NCBI GenBank assembly: GCA_951406725.2
Contig: OX597828.1
Span: 68,944,001-69,008,000, forward strand
Origin: Octopus vulgaris
Taxonomy: Eukaryota
Length of the DNA stretch: 64,000 nucleotides
Reading direction: 5' to 3'
This document shows, piece by piece, positions 11,962-25,625 of the stretch. The stretch's first letter is position 1, and the number at the start of each line of letters is the position of its first letter. Below the pieces are notes generated by a model. It was not told the DNA's origin. It ran no database searches and saw only the letters and a program-made list of their open reading frames with translations. A program made the position numbers and the translations under genes.

Positions 11962-12084
11962 TATGTATGTATACATGTTCAGATATGTATGTATATATAT
12001 GTATATATATATGCATGATATAAATAATATATATATATGCATATATACATAGGTATATGTACATACATCTATATGCATATATGG

Positions 12085-12880
12085 GCACAGGACCTCATGA
12101 AATGTGTACAATGAAAAAGGACAAAGCACAAATACATGATCTATTCTTTCGAACAACGAAAGACACAAAAGGAAAACAAAACAAATAACATAAAGAAAGA
12201 CCCATCATCAGTTGTTGGCTGTTTCCCTAGTCTTGTATTTCGAGCATTTAACAACAATATACTATTTCAATAAAACATTTGCTCACGAAAAGCAAATTAA
12301 ATATCTGGGATTTTGCGGAGGGTCAAAATAGGTAACACAAAACAAGACAGAGAAAACAAACAGGAAGTGCTGCTAAGCCTAAACGAGGTTGTGGTGACGA
12401 ATGCGTAAATCAAGCTAGGAGAGGAGCCAAACAAGAACTCGTCTTCCTTGTTCCAGAGAGAAGGAAAGAAATTTGGCCGATGGTCATGTGGGAGCCACAT
12501 GAGCAAGGGAGGAGGAGTGAGGGAGAGAGAGTGACAGAGTAATAGGATAGAATAGTGGTAGAAGAGGAGGTAAATGATTAAGAGAAACAAAAACGAATGA
12601 GTTAAAATATTGTATAAGTAAGGGAAGACGGAGAAAGAAAATCACCAATGATACACACGCGGTCATATATATATAAATACGTATATGTATCTATGTATAT
12701 GTGTATATACATATACATTTATATGTGTGTGTGTGTTTGCCATTTTATTCCTCTGTCTTCCTTTCTGTTGGACTTGATTCTTTTTGTGAAGAAGAGCATT
12801 GAACCATCTTTTCTTCCCTGAGCGTTTACTAATACTTTACATGTACCGTGTCCTCACATTGTTTTTTTGGGATTTACTAT
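12085..12880. mobile_element. Decayed microsatellite-embedded repeat(s), possibly Penelope-like termini
   Basis: 12740-12880 resembles 34687-34880 (GAAGAGC...GAGCGTT..CTAATAC). The block is bounded by TA/CA runs. Confidence 0.35.
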
Positions 12881-12898
12881 GTACATACATACATACAT

Positions 12899-13465
12899 AT
12901 CATCATCATCATCATCATTCATTTAGCGTCCGTTTTCCATACTAGCATGGGTTGGACGGTTCAACTGGGGTCTGGGGAGCCCGAAGGCTGCACCAGGCCA
13001 GTCAGATCTGGCAATGTTTCTACAGCTGGATGCCCTTCCTAACACCAACCACTCCGAGAGTGTAGTGGGTGATTTTATGTGCCACCGACACAGGTGCCAG
13101 ATGAGGCTGGCGAACGGCCACGCTCGGATGGTGTTTTTTATGTGCCACCGACACAGGTGCCAGACGAGGCTGGCAGACGGCCACGCTCGGATGGTGTTTT
13201 TATGTGCCACCGACACAGGTGCCAGATGAGGCTGGCGAACGGCCACGATCGGATGGTGTTTGTTACGTGCCCGCAGCACGGAGGCCAGTCGATGCGGTAC
13301 TGGCTACGGCCACGTTCGGATGGTTTTCTTGTGTGCCACCAGCACTGGTACCAAAAAGATACAAATTCCATTGATGTTCATCTATTTTGATTTGTTTTGA
13401 TTGATTTTCACTTGCCTCAACAGGTCTTCACAAGTGTCACAAGAAGGAAGGTATGCACAGGTGGA
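12899..13465 (-). mobile_element. RTE 3'UTR/tail with internal ~61-bp tandem repeats
   Basis: Reverse complement of 6755-7123, with three near-identical units at 13073-13262. Confidence 0.85.
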
Positions 13466-13862
13466 CATATATATATATATATAAGGTTAATCCAAACAAG
13501 AAAACAAAAAAGACAACAACGCAAAGAGGTGGAACAATTAATATATATACACGTCTATATACATATATTATATATATATAAATATGTATATACCTATATC
13601 ATTTACTATGTACATACATATATGTATATATACACGTGTATATACATATATTATGTATAAATATATGTATACATATATATATATGTGTGTGTGTGTATAT
13701 ATGTGTATATATTGTGTGTGCATATATATATATATATGTATACATATGTATATATATGTGTGTGTGTGTATATGTTTATATATGTACATGTATATATGTC
13801 TATATATATATATATGTATATATATATGCGTGTGTATATATGTCTGTATATATACATGTATA

Positions 13863-13938
<76 letters not shown>

Positions 13939-13967
13939 AGTATATTTATGTGTATTCTCTTATGTTC

Positions 13968-15420
13968 CAGTCCAATCACTGTGGCTATGCTGGGGCACCG
14001 CAATTGTGATCATCTTTCCACTCTCCACCTTTGTTGGAGCAGCTTTTGATGAAGGATAGAGTTCGATGTTACTGCCCTCTTTTGAGTTTCTAGCCCAGAT
14101 ATTGGCTCATCCTGGATCTCGGTTGGCCAGAGGTGAAGTTCACGTTTGAAAACCTTTCCATGCACACCATGGAGGCTCCTCAAATGCTTCGGCACACAGT
14201 TAAACAGCTGTGAGCCCTTGAAACCCAAGCTATTGCAGAACATCATCCTCGCCCGAGATGAAGCAGTCGGCATAGTGGGGGACAGCACAGTGACGTCCTG
14301 TTTGTGGTCTGATATAGCTCTTTAGACCAAAGTTTGGTACCAGTCCTTCCAGTGTATTCCAAATATATATCACTGCATACCTCTCCCGCCTTAGCTCCAG
14401 GGAACAGAGTTGTAGCTCTTTCAATCTGTCCCAGGAGCTCCATTGTTCCATTGATGCAATTTCTTTTGTGTAATGTCATTGGACTAGTTCAAACTCTGCT
14501 ATTGTCGTTGACCCTAGCTGAGAAGAGCAGTAGTCCAGTTGGCTGAGGATAAAGGACTTCTATAGTGTCATCATAGTTTCTTGGTTCCTTGTCCGGAAAT
14601 TTCTCAGGGCCTAGAATTTACTTGCATTAAATTGCATGTTGTTATCCTCAGCCCATGTATAGATATATATATATATATATGTATATGTATATATATATAT
14701 GTATCTAAATATATATACGTGTATACATATGTATATATATGTATACATATCTGTATGTATCTATACATATATATGTCTGTTATCAACATGTTATCAATAG
14801 TTGCCATTTCACAATGTGTGTCTTCGAGGTCAAAGTCACTCGTAGCTTCCCCAGCAATATACTGAAAGCAATCTTGTATTGTGCATTCAGTAATTCATTG
14901 ATCCCCTGGGGTCCGCAGTTTGTCAGCCGTTTCCATCTAATAGCGGTCCTATTTTGAGATGCACTGAAGGAGATTCTTTCACATATCTACAAAAGGCCTT
15001 AGGGTTCGCTTTAATGGTCTTGATAGCCCTAGCTTCTTTTTCTTCCCTTTCCTTTTCAAGAGTGAGTTTTCAATCTCAAGCGAGGTGCATTCGTTTGAAA
15101 TCTTTTAGATGTCCATTTAGACGGCTTGAGATTTTTGTTCTTTATCTCATTAGTACCCTCCTATCCCTGGGTATTATATTTTTGTTCACCCGTTGATTTG
15201 GTGTTCTCTTTGGAGTAAACTTACTGCAGGTAACATATATAGTTGCCATGAAGTTCTCTAGTTTCATGTCAATGTTTTCCCCAGAGAGGATGAGGGACCA
15301 ATTACCCTTCAGGACCTCTTTCTCAATTCCCTTCCAGTCAGCTTTGTGGAAATTCAGGCTAGAGATGAGATGAGCATTTCTTGTATTTCGTATGTCCGTG
15401 GTCTTTTGTGGTCCATACAC

Positions 15421-15423
<3 letters not shown>
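13968..15423 (-). mobile_element. Decayed, internally deleted CR1-group LINE
   Basis: Motifs LNFHKADW, IKANPKAF, ELRRERYAVIYIW and GSQLFNCVP. Interrupted by a (TA)-rich tract at 14657-14775. Confidence 0.75.
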
Positions 15424-15459
<36 letters not shown>

Positions 15460-15460
<1 letters not shown>

Positions 15461-15622
15461 TTTATTTAAAGCAGCAGAAAATTCAACAAAATCTGTTACT
15501 CTGAGTTTCACATTGCCGTGACAGTTGTCGGACAGTTTTTGCTAGCAAAAACTGTCCAACGAAAGGCAACGTGAAACTCAGAGTAACAGGTTTTGTTGAA
15601 TTTTCTGCTGCTTTAAATAAAG
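15460..15622. repeat. ~80-bp-arm palindrome between (TA)n tracts, centred on GCTAGC
   Basis: CTTTATTTAAAGCAGCAGAAAATTCAACAAAA... is mirrored by ...TTTTGTTGAATTTTCTGCTGCTTTAAATAAAG. Confidence 0.92.
15547..15594 (+). ncRNA. Degenerate minimal type I hammerhead ribozyme motif
   Basis: AAAAaCTGT-CCAACGA-AAG GCAA CGT-GAAA-CTC a GAG-TA-ACAGgTTTT. The core deviates from CUGANGA. A mirror copy lies on the minus strand at ~15488-15540. Confidence 0.5.
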
Positions 15623-15742
15623 CATATTACTCTACCACTGGTATTTGAGTGCTCTTTTTCCACCTTGTTTCACATTTATGTGTTTACTCCGGTATATATA
15701 TATATATATATATATATTTTAAAGCCTAGATATATATAGATA

Positions 15743-17312
15743 TTTTTTTTTCTCTAGTTTCAGCTCGGAGCTGTGGCCATGCTGATGCGCTGCCGTTTTG
15801 CTACACTGTTATTACTAAGAGCCTCCTCTAATATGTGTCATTTGGTGAAGAATGGAGTTTGATATAGCTACCTTCATTTGCACCTCTTGCCGTGAGGTAG
15901 GTTCATCTGGGACTCTTGACAGTAGGAGGTCCAACTTTGATTTAAAAACCCCTACATCTACTTTGTGCAAGTTCCTCAGACTGGGAGAATATTAAAAAGC
16001 TGTGGGTCCTTGAAACCCAGGCTGTTGCAGTAACTGGTCTTGAAGCATGATGGCATTGCTGGGACCTTTGGTGCTATGCAGTGTCATCCCATTCTGGCAT
16101 TGGTGTAGCTTTAAGTGTCAAAATTTGGCACAATTCCTTCCAGGATCTTCCAGGTATATATATTACTGCATTCCTCTCTCGTCTTCTCTCCGGGGAGTAG
16201 AGTCTTAGCTGTTTCAACCTTTTCCAGTAGCTGAGCTGTTGCAAAGAGACGATCTTCTTTGTGAATCTTCTCTGGATTGCTTCAAGGTCCGCTGTTAATT
16301 TCACTCTGGTGGGTGACCAAGGTCATGCAGTTTGTGGCATATCATACCATGATTCACCTTGTCAAAAGCTTTTGCAAAATCAAAGTATATTACGTCCACA
16401 TTTGATTTGTTGAGTAACTGCCTCAACACCCAGTCATAATGTTGTAAGAGCTGGGTCAGGCAGCTCCTACCTGGTCGAAAACCATGTTGGGTATCACTCA
16501 GCAAGTTATTTTCTTCAAGGAATGCGATTAGTTTCCCTCTGACTATCCGTTCCATGACTTTGCTGATGTGTGAAGTCAGAGAGATAGGCCTATAGTTTTT
16601 GGCATCTGCTCTACTTCCCCCTTTATGTATTGGGCATATTATTCCCTCCTTCAGCTTGCATGGCAGTTTGCCATTTGTAAGAAAGACCTGGAAGAGAATC
16701 TTGAGGGGTTTTGCCAGGGCATGTTTACATGTTTTGAGGAGGATTGCTGGGAAACCATCTGGACCAGCAGTTGAGTTTGTGTCCACTTCATCTATGGCTA
16801 GTAGTACGTCTTCCCTAATATCAATGTATTCTATTGTAACTGCCTCGCTGGTTATAGGTGAGGTGGCAAAGAAGTCCACTGGTTCGTTCACTTGTCTGTG
16901 TTCCAACGGGGTGGTAAAGACACTTTTGAACTGGTCATTCAGTATCTCACTGATCTTAGTTGGACTGTCTGTGAGGGAGCCATCCTTTTGGAGGAGGGGT
17001 CCTATCTTGTAGTGTACTGAGGCTGTTTCTTTTGCGTAATGAAAGAAGTCCTTTGGGTTTGACTTAATGTTTTTTATAACCCAGGCTTCTTTGTCTGCTT
17101 TCTCCCTCACATAGGATTGATACAGCCTTTTTCCGATCTCTATCAGTGTTGTTTTTAGGCGGGACATTTCGCTACTTTTGGGATGTTGGTTGAGTCTATT
17201 TGCAACCTTCGTCGTCTCGTGAGGATCTTCCCCTCTCTTGGAATCTTGCTCCTATTTGTTTTGGCCTTGTGCTCTGGGCCATATTTCTGGCATATGGCTT
17301 GCACAGAAGACA
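15743..17312 (-). mobile_element. CR1-group LINE fragment with partial reverse transcriptase (ORF 16301-17167)
   Basis: AGPDGFP, IICPIHKGG, NYRPISLTSHISKVMERIV, QHGFRPGRSCLTQLL and DFAKAFDKV, then LEAIQRRFTK...ERRRER. A-rich 3' end at 15743. Confidence 0.9.
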
Positions 17313-17575
17313 TGCATATATATATATATATATATATATGTGCATGCATGTATATATATGCATGTTTATATAGGTATATATATGCATATATATATATATA
17401 TATGAGTATATGCATATATATATGTATATGCATATATATATGTGCATATATATGTATATGCATATATATATGTATATATATGTATATGCATATATATATA
17501 TGTATATATATATATGTATATGCATATATATATATGTATATACATGTATATATATATGCATATTTATATGTATAC

Positions 17576-17616
<41 letters not shown>

Positions 17617-17719
17617 TATATGTATATATAAATGTATATATATATACATATGTATATACAGGTATAAATATTTACATATATGTTCATATATATATATATA
17701 TGTATGTATACACAGGTAT

Positions 17720-18010
17720 TGTTGTTTGTTCCTTCTCGAGCCATGCTTGGCTCATAGCACTGGTTTCCCAGTTTCCTTGGCATATAGGTTCCCCACCTGG
17801 ACGGTACACTGGTACGTCGCAGGTGAGCTGCAAGATGCAGGAGGAAAGAGTGAGAGAAAGTTGTTGCGAAAAAGTCAGCAGAAGTTCGCCACTATCTGCG
17901 TGAGGCTTAGGTGTTTTGCTCATACACACACATCGCCCTGTCTGAGATTTGAATTCACAATCTCTCGACCGCAAGTCAGCTGCTCTAACCACTAGGCCAT
18001 GTGCCTTCAC
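17720..18010 (-). mobile_element. tRNA-derived SINE (family F-related)
   Basis: Minus strand: TGGCCTAGTGGTTAGAGC A-box, GAATTCAAATCTC B-box, and a 3' hairpin GAGCC-N6-GGCTC shared with 28489-28737. Confidence 0.75.
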
Positions 18011-18469
18011 ATTTACATGTATAGATATAATCTACAGGGGTTGAACAAAATAATGGAAACGCTTTAAAATTCTAACAATTTACTTTAATTTCAGGTAGGA
18101 CAGCATTTAGCAATTGTTACACCTTGAATTCTATGAGATATGGACTCATACAGAGATCGAATTGTGATTAAAGTAATTTTTGTGCATTCTTCAGCTGAAA
18201 GTGTCTCAAGTTCTTGTAGTTATGATATCAAATCCTTACTTGCTTTTCTACATATGTATGTATATATATATATGTATATATATATATATTTATATGTGTG
18301 TATGTATATAAATATATATGTATATTTATATACGTCTGTATATATATATTTATGTATGTATGTGTATATATATATGTATATTTATATACATATGTATATA
18401 TATTTACATATGTATATATATTTATGTATGTATATATATGTATATATATATATATATATATGTATATAG

Positions 18470-18720
18470 ACCAATTGTCTATCCCTAGCTTCTGCATTGC
18501 CCACAACATAGGGAGCAAGGACCTTATCGAAGGCTTTCTCCATATCAACAAAAGCCAAGTGCAGAGGTTTATCTTTAGCTAAATACTTCTGCAGTTACCC
18601 TACAAGGAAAATAACATCAATAATGCTTCTTCCTGGCACAAAACCAAATTGTATCCCACCTTAGCTAACTCCCTTTCTAATTAATTGACTCATGACCCTT
18701 ATGCTGTAGATCAAAGGGGT
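18470..18720 (-). mobile_element. RTE LINE reverse-transcriptase fragment
   Basis: Minus strand translates [42 protein letters not shown]. Confidence 0.75.
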
Positions 18721-18924
18721 CCACTTCTGGTAATCTACAACTGCAATTTACTTTCAATAACCATTTGTGTTAATTTCATTTCATTTTCACTATTGATGCT
18801 TTTATGTAAGGCATGACTACCTCAATCTCTACCTTTCCTCTTTTTCAAACTGTCAGTATCACAGGTGCACGGGATTTGGTGTGGTGACGGCATAAATATC
18901 AAGATGATTAAAATTTTGTGACTA

Positions 18925-19319
18925 CCCTGTGCTAGAAGGGTGCTAAGAGCACCATCCGAGCGTGATCGTTGCCAGAGCGGCTATCTGGCCTCCGTGCCGG
19001 TGGCATGTAGGAGGCACCATTCGAGGGGAATCGTTACAAGCATCTCCTTACTGGCACCTGTGCCGTTGGCATGTGTAAAAAGATTCGAGTGAGGTCGTTG
19101 CCAGTACCGCCTGACTGGCCCCGTGCCGGTGGCACGTAAAAGCACCCACTACACTCATGGAGTGGTTGGCGTTAGGAAGGGCATCCAGCTGTAGAAACAT
19201 TGCCAGATCAAGACTGGAGCCTGGTGCAGCCATCTGGTTCGCCAGCCCTCAGTCAAAATCGTCTAACCCATGCTAGCATGGAAGGCGGACGTTAAACGAT
19301 GATGATGATGATGATGATG
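18925..19319 (+). mobile_element. RTE 3'UTR/tail
   Basis: GGTTGGCGTTAGGAAGGGCATCCAGC...GGACGTTAAAC(GAT)n. Confidence 0.85.
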
Positions 19320-19854
19320 TGTGTCAAAATAACTGGGATGTTACCTGATAGCAACATTGCTACTCTTTGGCACCACTAGAGGTAACAGTTCCATTGGAAG
19401 GTGCTGAAATCATTGTTCTTCAGTCAGCATTTGACGAAGGGACTGTTCCACAGTGAAAGCTGCATATATTATGTTAAACATGAATAAGAGATGCATTGTC
19501 AATTGTGAAACAAAATCATCATCATCATCATCATCAATAATATAAATAGATGTAGTCCTACATATTCCTAAAATGGCAACAGTGTCATAGGTTGGAACAC
19601 CTTTCATTCTTTTAATTGGTTTCAGTCATAGGACTGCAAGAAGGCAGTGTGACTGAAGGTCAATGGACAATGGCAAAGGGAGATAATCACTGAGGGTTTT
19701 TACCCCTAAAAACGAGGCTTTCTCCTCCTCCATATTTTAAAGAGGTCTCAAGCTAGGAGTGTTTCGGGTCTGAAGATATGCCATAAGGCCAAACCTGTTA
19801 TGAACAAGAAACCCAGGGTATCCCCTTAAACTGGCCTACCCCATTATAATATAT

Positions 19855-20427
19855 TTATGTTGGAGTGTTTATGTCTCTGTAACTTAGTGGTTTGACCAAA
19901 GAGACTGATAGAATAAGTGCTAGGCTTACAAAGTCCTGGGGTCAATTTCTTCGACTGAGACCTTTTAAGGTAGTGCTCCAGCTACACTGTCAAATGACTG
20001 AAACGTGTAAAAGGCCCAGGCATGGCTGTATGTATAGGTGCAGGCATGGCCATATGGTAAGAAACTTGCTTCCCAACCACATGGTGCTAGGTTCAATCCC
20101 ACTGCACAGCATATTGGGTAAGTGTCTTCCACTATAGCATCAAGTTGGCCGAAGCCTTGGGAGTGGATTTGGTAAATGGAAACTGAAAATTGCTTGTCAT
20201 ATATGAATATATATCTGTGTGTCTTTGTGCTTGTGGTTGTTTCACACCACCACTTGACAACTGGTGTTGGTGTGTTTATGTCCCTGTAACTTTGCAGTTC
20301 AGCAAAACAGATTGATAGAATAAATACCACACTTTGAAAAAATGTGAGGTCAATTCATTTGACTAAAAATTCTTCAAGGCAGTTCCCCTACATGGCTACT
20401 GTCTAATGACTGAAATAAGTAAAAGAT
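19855..20427 (+). mobile_element. Family D SINEs (tail fragment plus diverged full copy)
   Basis: Similar to 30648-31043. Confidence 0.75.
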
Positions 20428-20442
20428 AAATGATAAATGATT

Positions 20443-21070
<628 letters not shown>

Positions 21071-21257
21071 AGGTATGTGTATTTGAATATATATTTTGTT
21101 GAGACCACATCTAACACCTGTCCCCCTTCTTATCATTCATCTGTCCAACATCCATGCCACTATAACCTATGTCTTTATTATGTTATCAATAATGCCCCTA
21201 TTGTCCCTTTCTCAATCCCTCTTCCCCTTCTCACCCTCACAATGTGATTAAGGATAG

Positions 21258-21587
21258 CAGTGGTTCTTTATTGGGGTCCATATGACCCCTAGGGATCCAT
21301 ATAAAGTTGTTGGTGGTCCATACAAGCCAAAGGGTAAATTGCGGCCCACAGTAGTTCATTAAGAGTCCATGAAAAAATGTTACTTCAGAGGCATTTATTG
21401 CAAGAAACATCTAACTTTATTTCCCTGACTTTTTACAGTTCAGCTTACACAAGTTAATGTATGAAAGGCAAATTTTGAAAGAAGTATCCATAAAACTACT
21501 TTTTAAACATTGAATGGCTATGGGAGCCCACCAGAATAAAATAGTAATCGAAGGGGTCCATAGACAAAAAATGGTTGAGAACCCCTA
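21258..21587. mobile_element. Old hAT(Charlie)-like MITE
   Basis: Ends CAGTGGTTCT ... AGAACCCCT, with repeated GGGGTCCA subterminal motifs. Right flank is ATCTAGAG. TSD is degenerate. Confidence 0.5.
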
Positions 21588-21995
21588 ATCTAGAGGGTAT
21601 ACGTGATATATTTATATATGAGGAATCTTATCAGATACCTCGTGTGCTCCTTATTTGCCATTTGGTAATGACATCCATCATTCTCTCAAACTATTTATTT
21701 ACTTCTTGCTGTTTATCATCCTCTCATCCTTATTCTCTCTAGCACTCATGCCATGGTAAAATGAACCCTGCTACTCTATAAAGTGACTGGAGTTTTGAAG
21801 GATATCCTGCTGTATAAACTAACTCAAAAGCGAAACCTATGAGCAAAATATTCACCCCACCCTGAACTAACTAAAAGAGCAGCAACAACCACTCCAACTG
21901 AATGGAAAGCAGTTATAAAATGTTGATGATAACCATTCCTGTTTATACAGATACATTTTATTTCTTTTAGGGTACTCAAGGATAGATTTGCTTTT

Positions 21996-22407
21996 TTACT
22001 CTTTTACATGTTTCAGTCATTTGATTGTGGCCATGCTGGAGCACTGTCTTTAGTCGAGCAAATTGACCCCAGGCTTTATTCTTTGTAAGCCTAGTACTTA
22101 TTCTATTGGTCTCTTTTGCCAAACTGCTAAGTTACAGAGATGCAAACACACCACCAGTGGGTGTCAAGCGATGTTGGGGGGGTCAAGCACAGACACACAA
22201 ACATATACACACACATACATATACATATATATGTATACATATATACGACGGGCTTCTTTCAGTTTCTGTCTATCAAATCCACTTGCAAGGCTTTGGTCGG
22301 CCCGAGGTTATAGTAAAAGACCTTGCCCAAGGTGCCACGCAGTGTGACTGAACCCGGAACCATGTGGCTGATAATCAAGCTACTTACCACACAGCCACTC
22401 CGCACCT
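21996..22407 (-). mobile_element. Family D CORE-type SINE
   Basis: Full reverse-complement match to 30648-31043. Confidence 0.85.
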
Positions 22408-23195
22408 ATTAATTAATATCAATAAGATTTGATTTAGATGTTTTAAGGAGGTTTGCTGTTGAACTACTGTTATTTTCCAAGGAGGTCAGCTTTGCCTTTC
22501 AACCTTCTGGGGTCAAATTTTATCGACTAAACCCTTTCCTAGCTATTTGATGCTAGAGACTTTTATTACAAATATTCATTACAAGCTGTCGTACTTACCT
22601 GGGATTAACGATGCCTAAAAATTTACCTTCACATAAAGCTAGTAAATTTTGAATAAATTGCTTTAAAAAGATGCTGACAACCTTCGGTTTATCTGAGAAT
22701 GGTGATTCACTGAAAATTATTATGCTTCAAGCAATTCAGATGATTGTTCAAGTTGAGCTTCAGAGAAATGTAGAAAGAAAAAAAAACCCTACATTAATTA
22801 TCATTTTATAGGTAACATGTTTTTTTTTTTTTTTTTTTTTTTTATCTCAGAATAGTGATTTGATTTGTATCTTTACTCTAGATGAATATTTTATCAATAT
22901 TTATTGCAGTTCCTTGAAATATAATAATCTTAACTTTTCAGATACTGAAGCACAAAGTCCTGTTTTGTAATTTGTAACAAATAGATTTTACTTGCATATA
23001 TTAAGATTATTCTTGTTATTATGTTTTAAGTCACAAATCACTTAAAATGACCTTAGAAATTATTGTGATTATCATCAATGTGTTGATTGACAGAATTAAT
23101 AATTGGTTGAGCAGGAAAGAAAATTCTCAGTTAAAATGCCCATAGGGTCAACATTGCCTTTCATTCTTACAAGATCAATAAAATAAACTATCAAA

Positions 23196-23578
23196 GAGCA
23201 CCATACAAGTGTGATTGTTGACAGAGCGGCTAACCGGCTTCCGTGCCAGTGGCACATAAAAGGGCACCATTCGAGCGTGATCATTACCAACGTTGCCAAA
23301 CTGGCACCTGTGCCAGTGGCATGTGTAAAAAGATTCGAGTGAGGTCATTGCCAGTACTGCCTGACTGGCCCCTGTGCTGGTGGCATGTAAAAAGCACCCA
23401 CTACACTCTTGGAGTGGTTGGTATTAGGAAGAGCATCCAGCTGTAGAAACTCTGCCAGATCAAGATTGGAGCCTGATGCAGCCATCTGGTTCGCCAGTCC
23501 TCTGTCAAATTGCCCAACCCATGCTCGCATGGAAAGCGGACGTTAAACGATGATGATGATGATGATGATGATGATGAT
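23196..23578 (+). mobile_element. RTE 3'UTR/tail
   Basis: Close match to 18950-19319, with a (GAT)n tail. Confidence 0.85.
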
Positions 23579-23962
23579 CAATTAAAAGCTGCCACCTGTA
23601 GAGTCCTCCCCTTTAGTTTATGGTCTTCTGTGGAATTTACAAAAGAGTCAGCTGGTGCACAAGGTAAAAAAAAAAAATTTTTTTAGTTACATTTTTTTTT
23701 TTTACATTCTGAGTTCAAACGGAGCTGATTATATTTGACATTCCTTTTCACCTAGGGTTAATAAAATATAGTTGTTGATTATATGTTTATGCCTCTCAGA
23801 TTTGTAACACATTGCATATTTTAGAAATCATTGCAAAGAAAATGTCATTATTACTATGAGAAATTTATTAATATCACAGAATGACAATGATATTGAAGGT
23901 AAGGAAACAGAATAGAGAATAAAGGATTGTATCATTTGTACCAATGAAAACTATACAATTGT

Positions 23963-24366
23963 ATAGTGGCTGTGTGGTAAGTAGCTTGCTAACCAACCAC
24001 ATGGTTCCGGGTTCAGTCCCACTGCCTGGCATCTTGGGCAAGTGTCTTCTGCTATAGTCCCAGGCCTGACCAATGCCTTGTGAGTGGATTTGGTAGACGG
24101 AAACTGAAAAGAAGCCTGTCGTATATATGTATATATATATATGTATGTGTGTGTGTTTGTGTGTCTGTCTTTGTTCCCCTAGCATTGCTTGACAACCGAT
24201 GCTGGTGTGTTTACGTCCCCGTCACTTAGCGGTTCGGCAAAAAGAGACCAATAGAATAAGTACTGGGCTTACAAAAAAAGAATAAGTCCCGGGGTCGAGT
24301 TGCTTGACTAAAGGCGGTGCTCCAGCATGGCTGCAGTCAAATGACTGAAACAAGTAAAAGAGAGAG
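23963..24366 (+). mobile_element. Family D CORE-type SINE
   Basis: TGGCTGTGTGGTAAG A-box, GGTTCAGTCCC B-box, CORE-like CTTGGGCAAGTG and an internal microsatellite. Confidence 0.88.
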
Positions 24367-24447
24367 TATACAAAAATCTCTGTTTAAAACTAACTCTCAG
24401 TATTATGGAAATTATTAAGATATTACATAAATATCATATATGTATGT

Positions 24448-24748
24448 CATCATCATCATCATTGTTTAACATCCGCTTTCCATGCTAGCATGGGTTGGAC
24501 AGTTCGACCGGGGTCTGGGAAGCCAGGAGGCTGTACCAGGCTCCAGTCTGATCTGGCAGTGTTTCTACAGCTGGATGCCCTTCCTAATGCCAACCACTCC
24601 GTGAGTGTAGTGGGTGCTTTTTACGTGCCACCAGCACGGTGCCAAGGGAGGCTGGCAGCGACCACGATCGGTTGGTGCTTTTTACGTCCCACCAGCATAG
24701 GTATCCCGACTACAATTTCCATTTGATTTTCATTTTGATGTTGGTGTT
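24448..24748 (-). mobile_element. RTE 3'UTR/tail flanked by a ~46-bp direct duplication
   Basis: TTATGGAAATTATTAAGATATTACATAAATATCATATATGTATGT occurs on both sides (24403-24447 and 24751-24795). Confidence 0.85.
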
Positions 24749-25160
24749 AATTATGGAAATTATTAAGATATTACATAAATATCATATATGTATGTAAAAT
24801 ATATATATATGCATATGGGTTTATTGTTTTTTTATATGAATAAATGACACATGTACGAACAGTGTAATATACAAACCCATGTACATGCACACAGGACACA
24901 TACTAAACACACACACACTCAGAGGCATAAACACGTGTGTAGATAGAGATACATACCACAGAAGGACAAAATGGAATAAGCAGGACAAGAGAGGACACAT
25001 GGGATGGAGAGTCACTGATAAAGTCACAGAATGTGTGACAAACGAATTTTGACAGATGTACAAGATAAAAATAATACAAATAAAACTAAAGTGAAAATCA
25101 AACAGTGTGGGTGTTGAAGTGACAAAAAAAAGATCATCCCTAAGTTAATAATAATAATAA

Positions 25161-25625
25161 TTGGTATAAAAGGTGGGCTACAACAAATATTCCGCTCAAT
25201 ACCACAAATTTGCTTGTCAGTTGTTTGACCTTAATCAGTTGAGCATGTCCCTTAGTTGCTGACGATATGTGCATCACTGATCACAAGCAGAAGTAGTGGG
25301 GGAGCATCATAGCCATGTGTTGAGAGGGATTCTTTGGGGTTTGGATAATTTATCTTTGGAAACATGGGTGTTTCATTCAACATCCTTAATCCATATTCAG
25401 GGACCTTTTGAGTGGGATGGGTTACTCGACCAGAAGAAAATTCTAACTGGGCCCCACCTGCAAGGTCATGTGCTGTTTATCTTGACATGAGATCACCATG
25501 TCATGCATATATGGTTGCGATGTATGTGCCTGGTGTGTCCTTATCAGACGGGTAGTCATGATGGGTATACTGGGCTTTGCATATCTTACCTCAGTGTCAC
25601 TTTGATGGCATGCACTGCTTTCTCA
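25161..25625. mobile_element. (TAA)n-flanked non-coding interspersed repeat
   Basis: Matches 27061-27362. Both ends lie in TAA runs. Confidence 0.75.

Noticed and set aside
18032-18230. Possible Tc1/mariner end (TA-CAGGGGTTGAACAAAATAATGGAAAC)
   Set aside because: No matching opposite TIR or transposase motif was found, so it is too weak to call.
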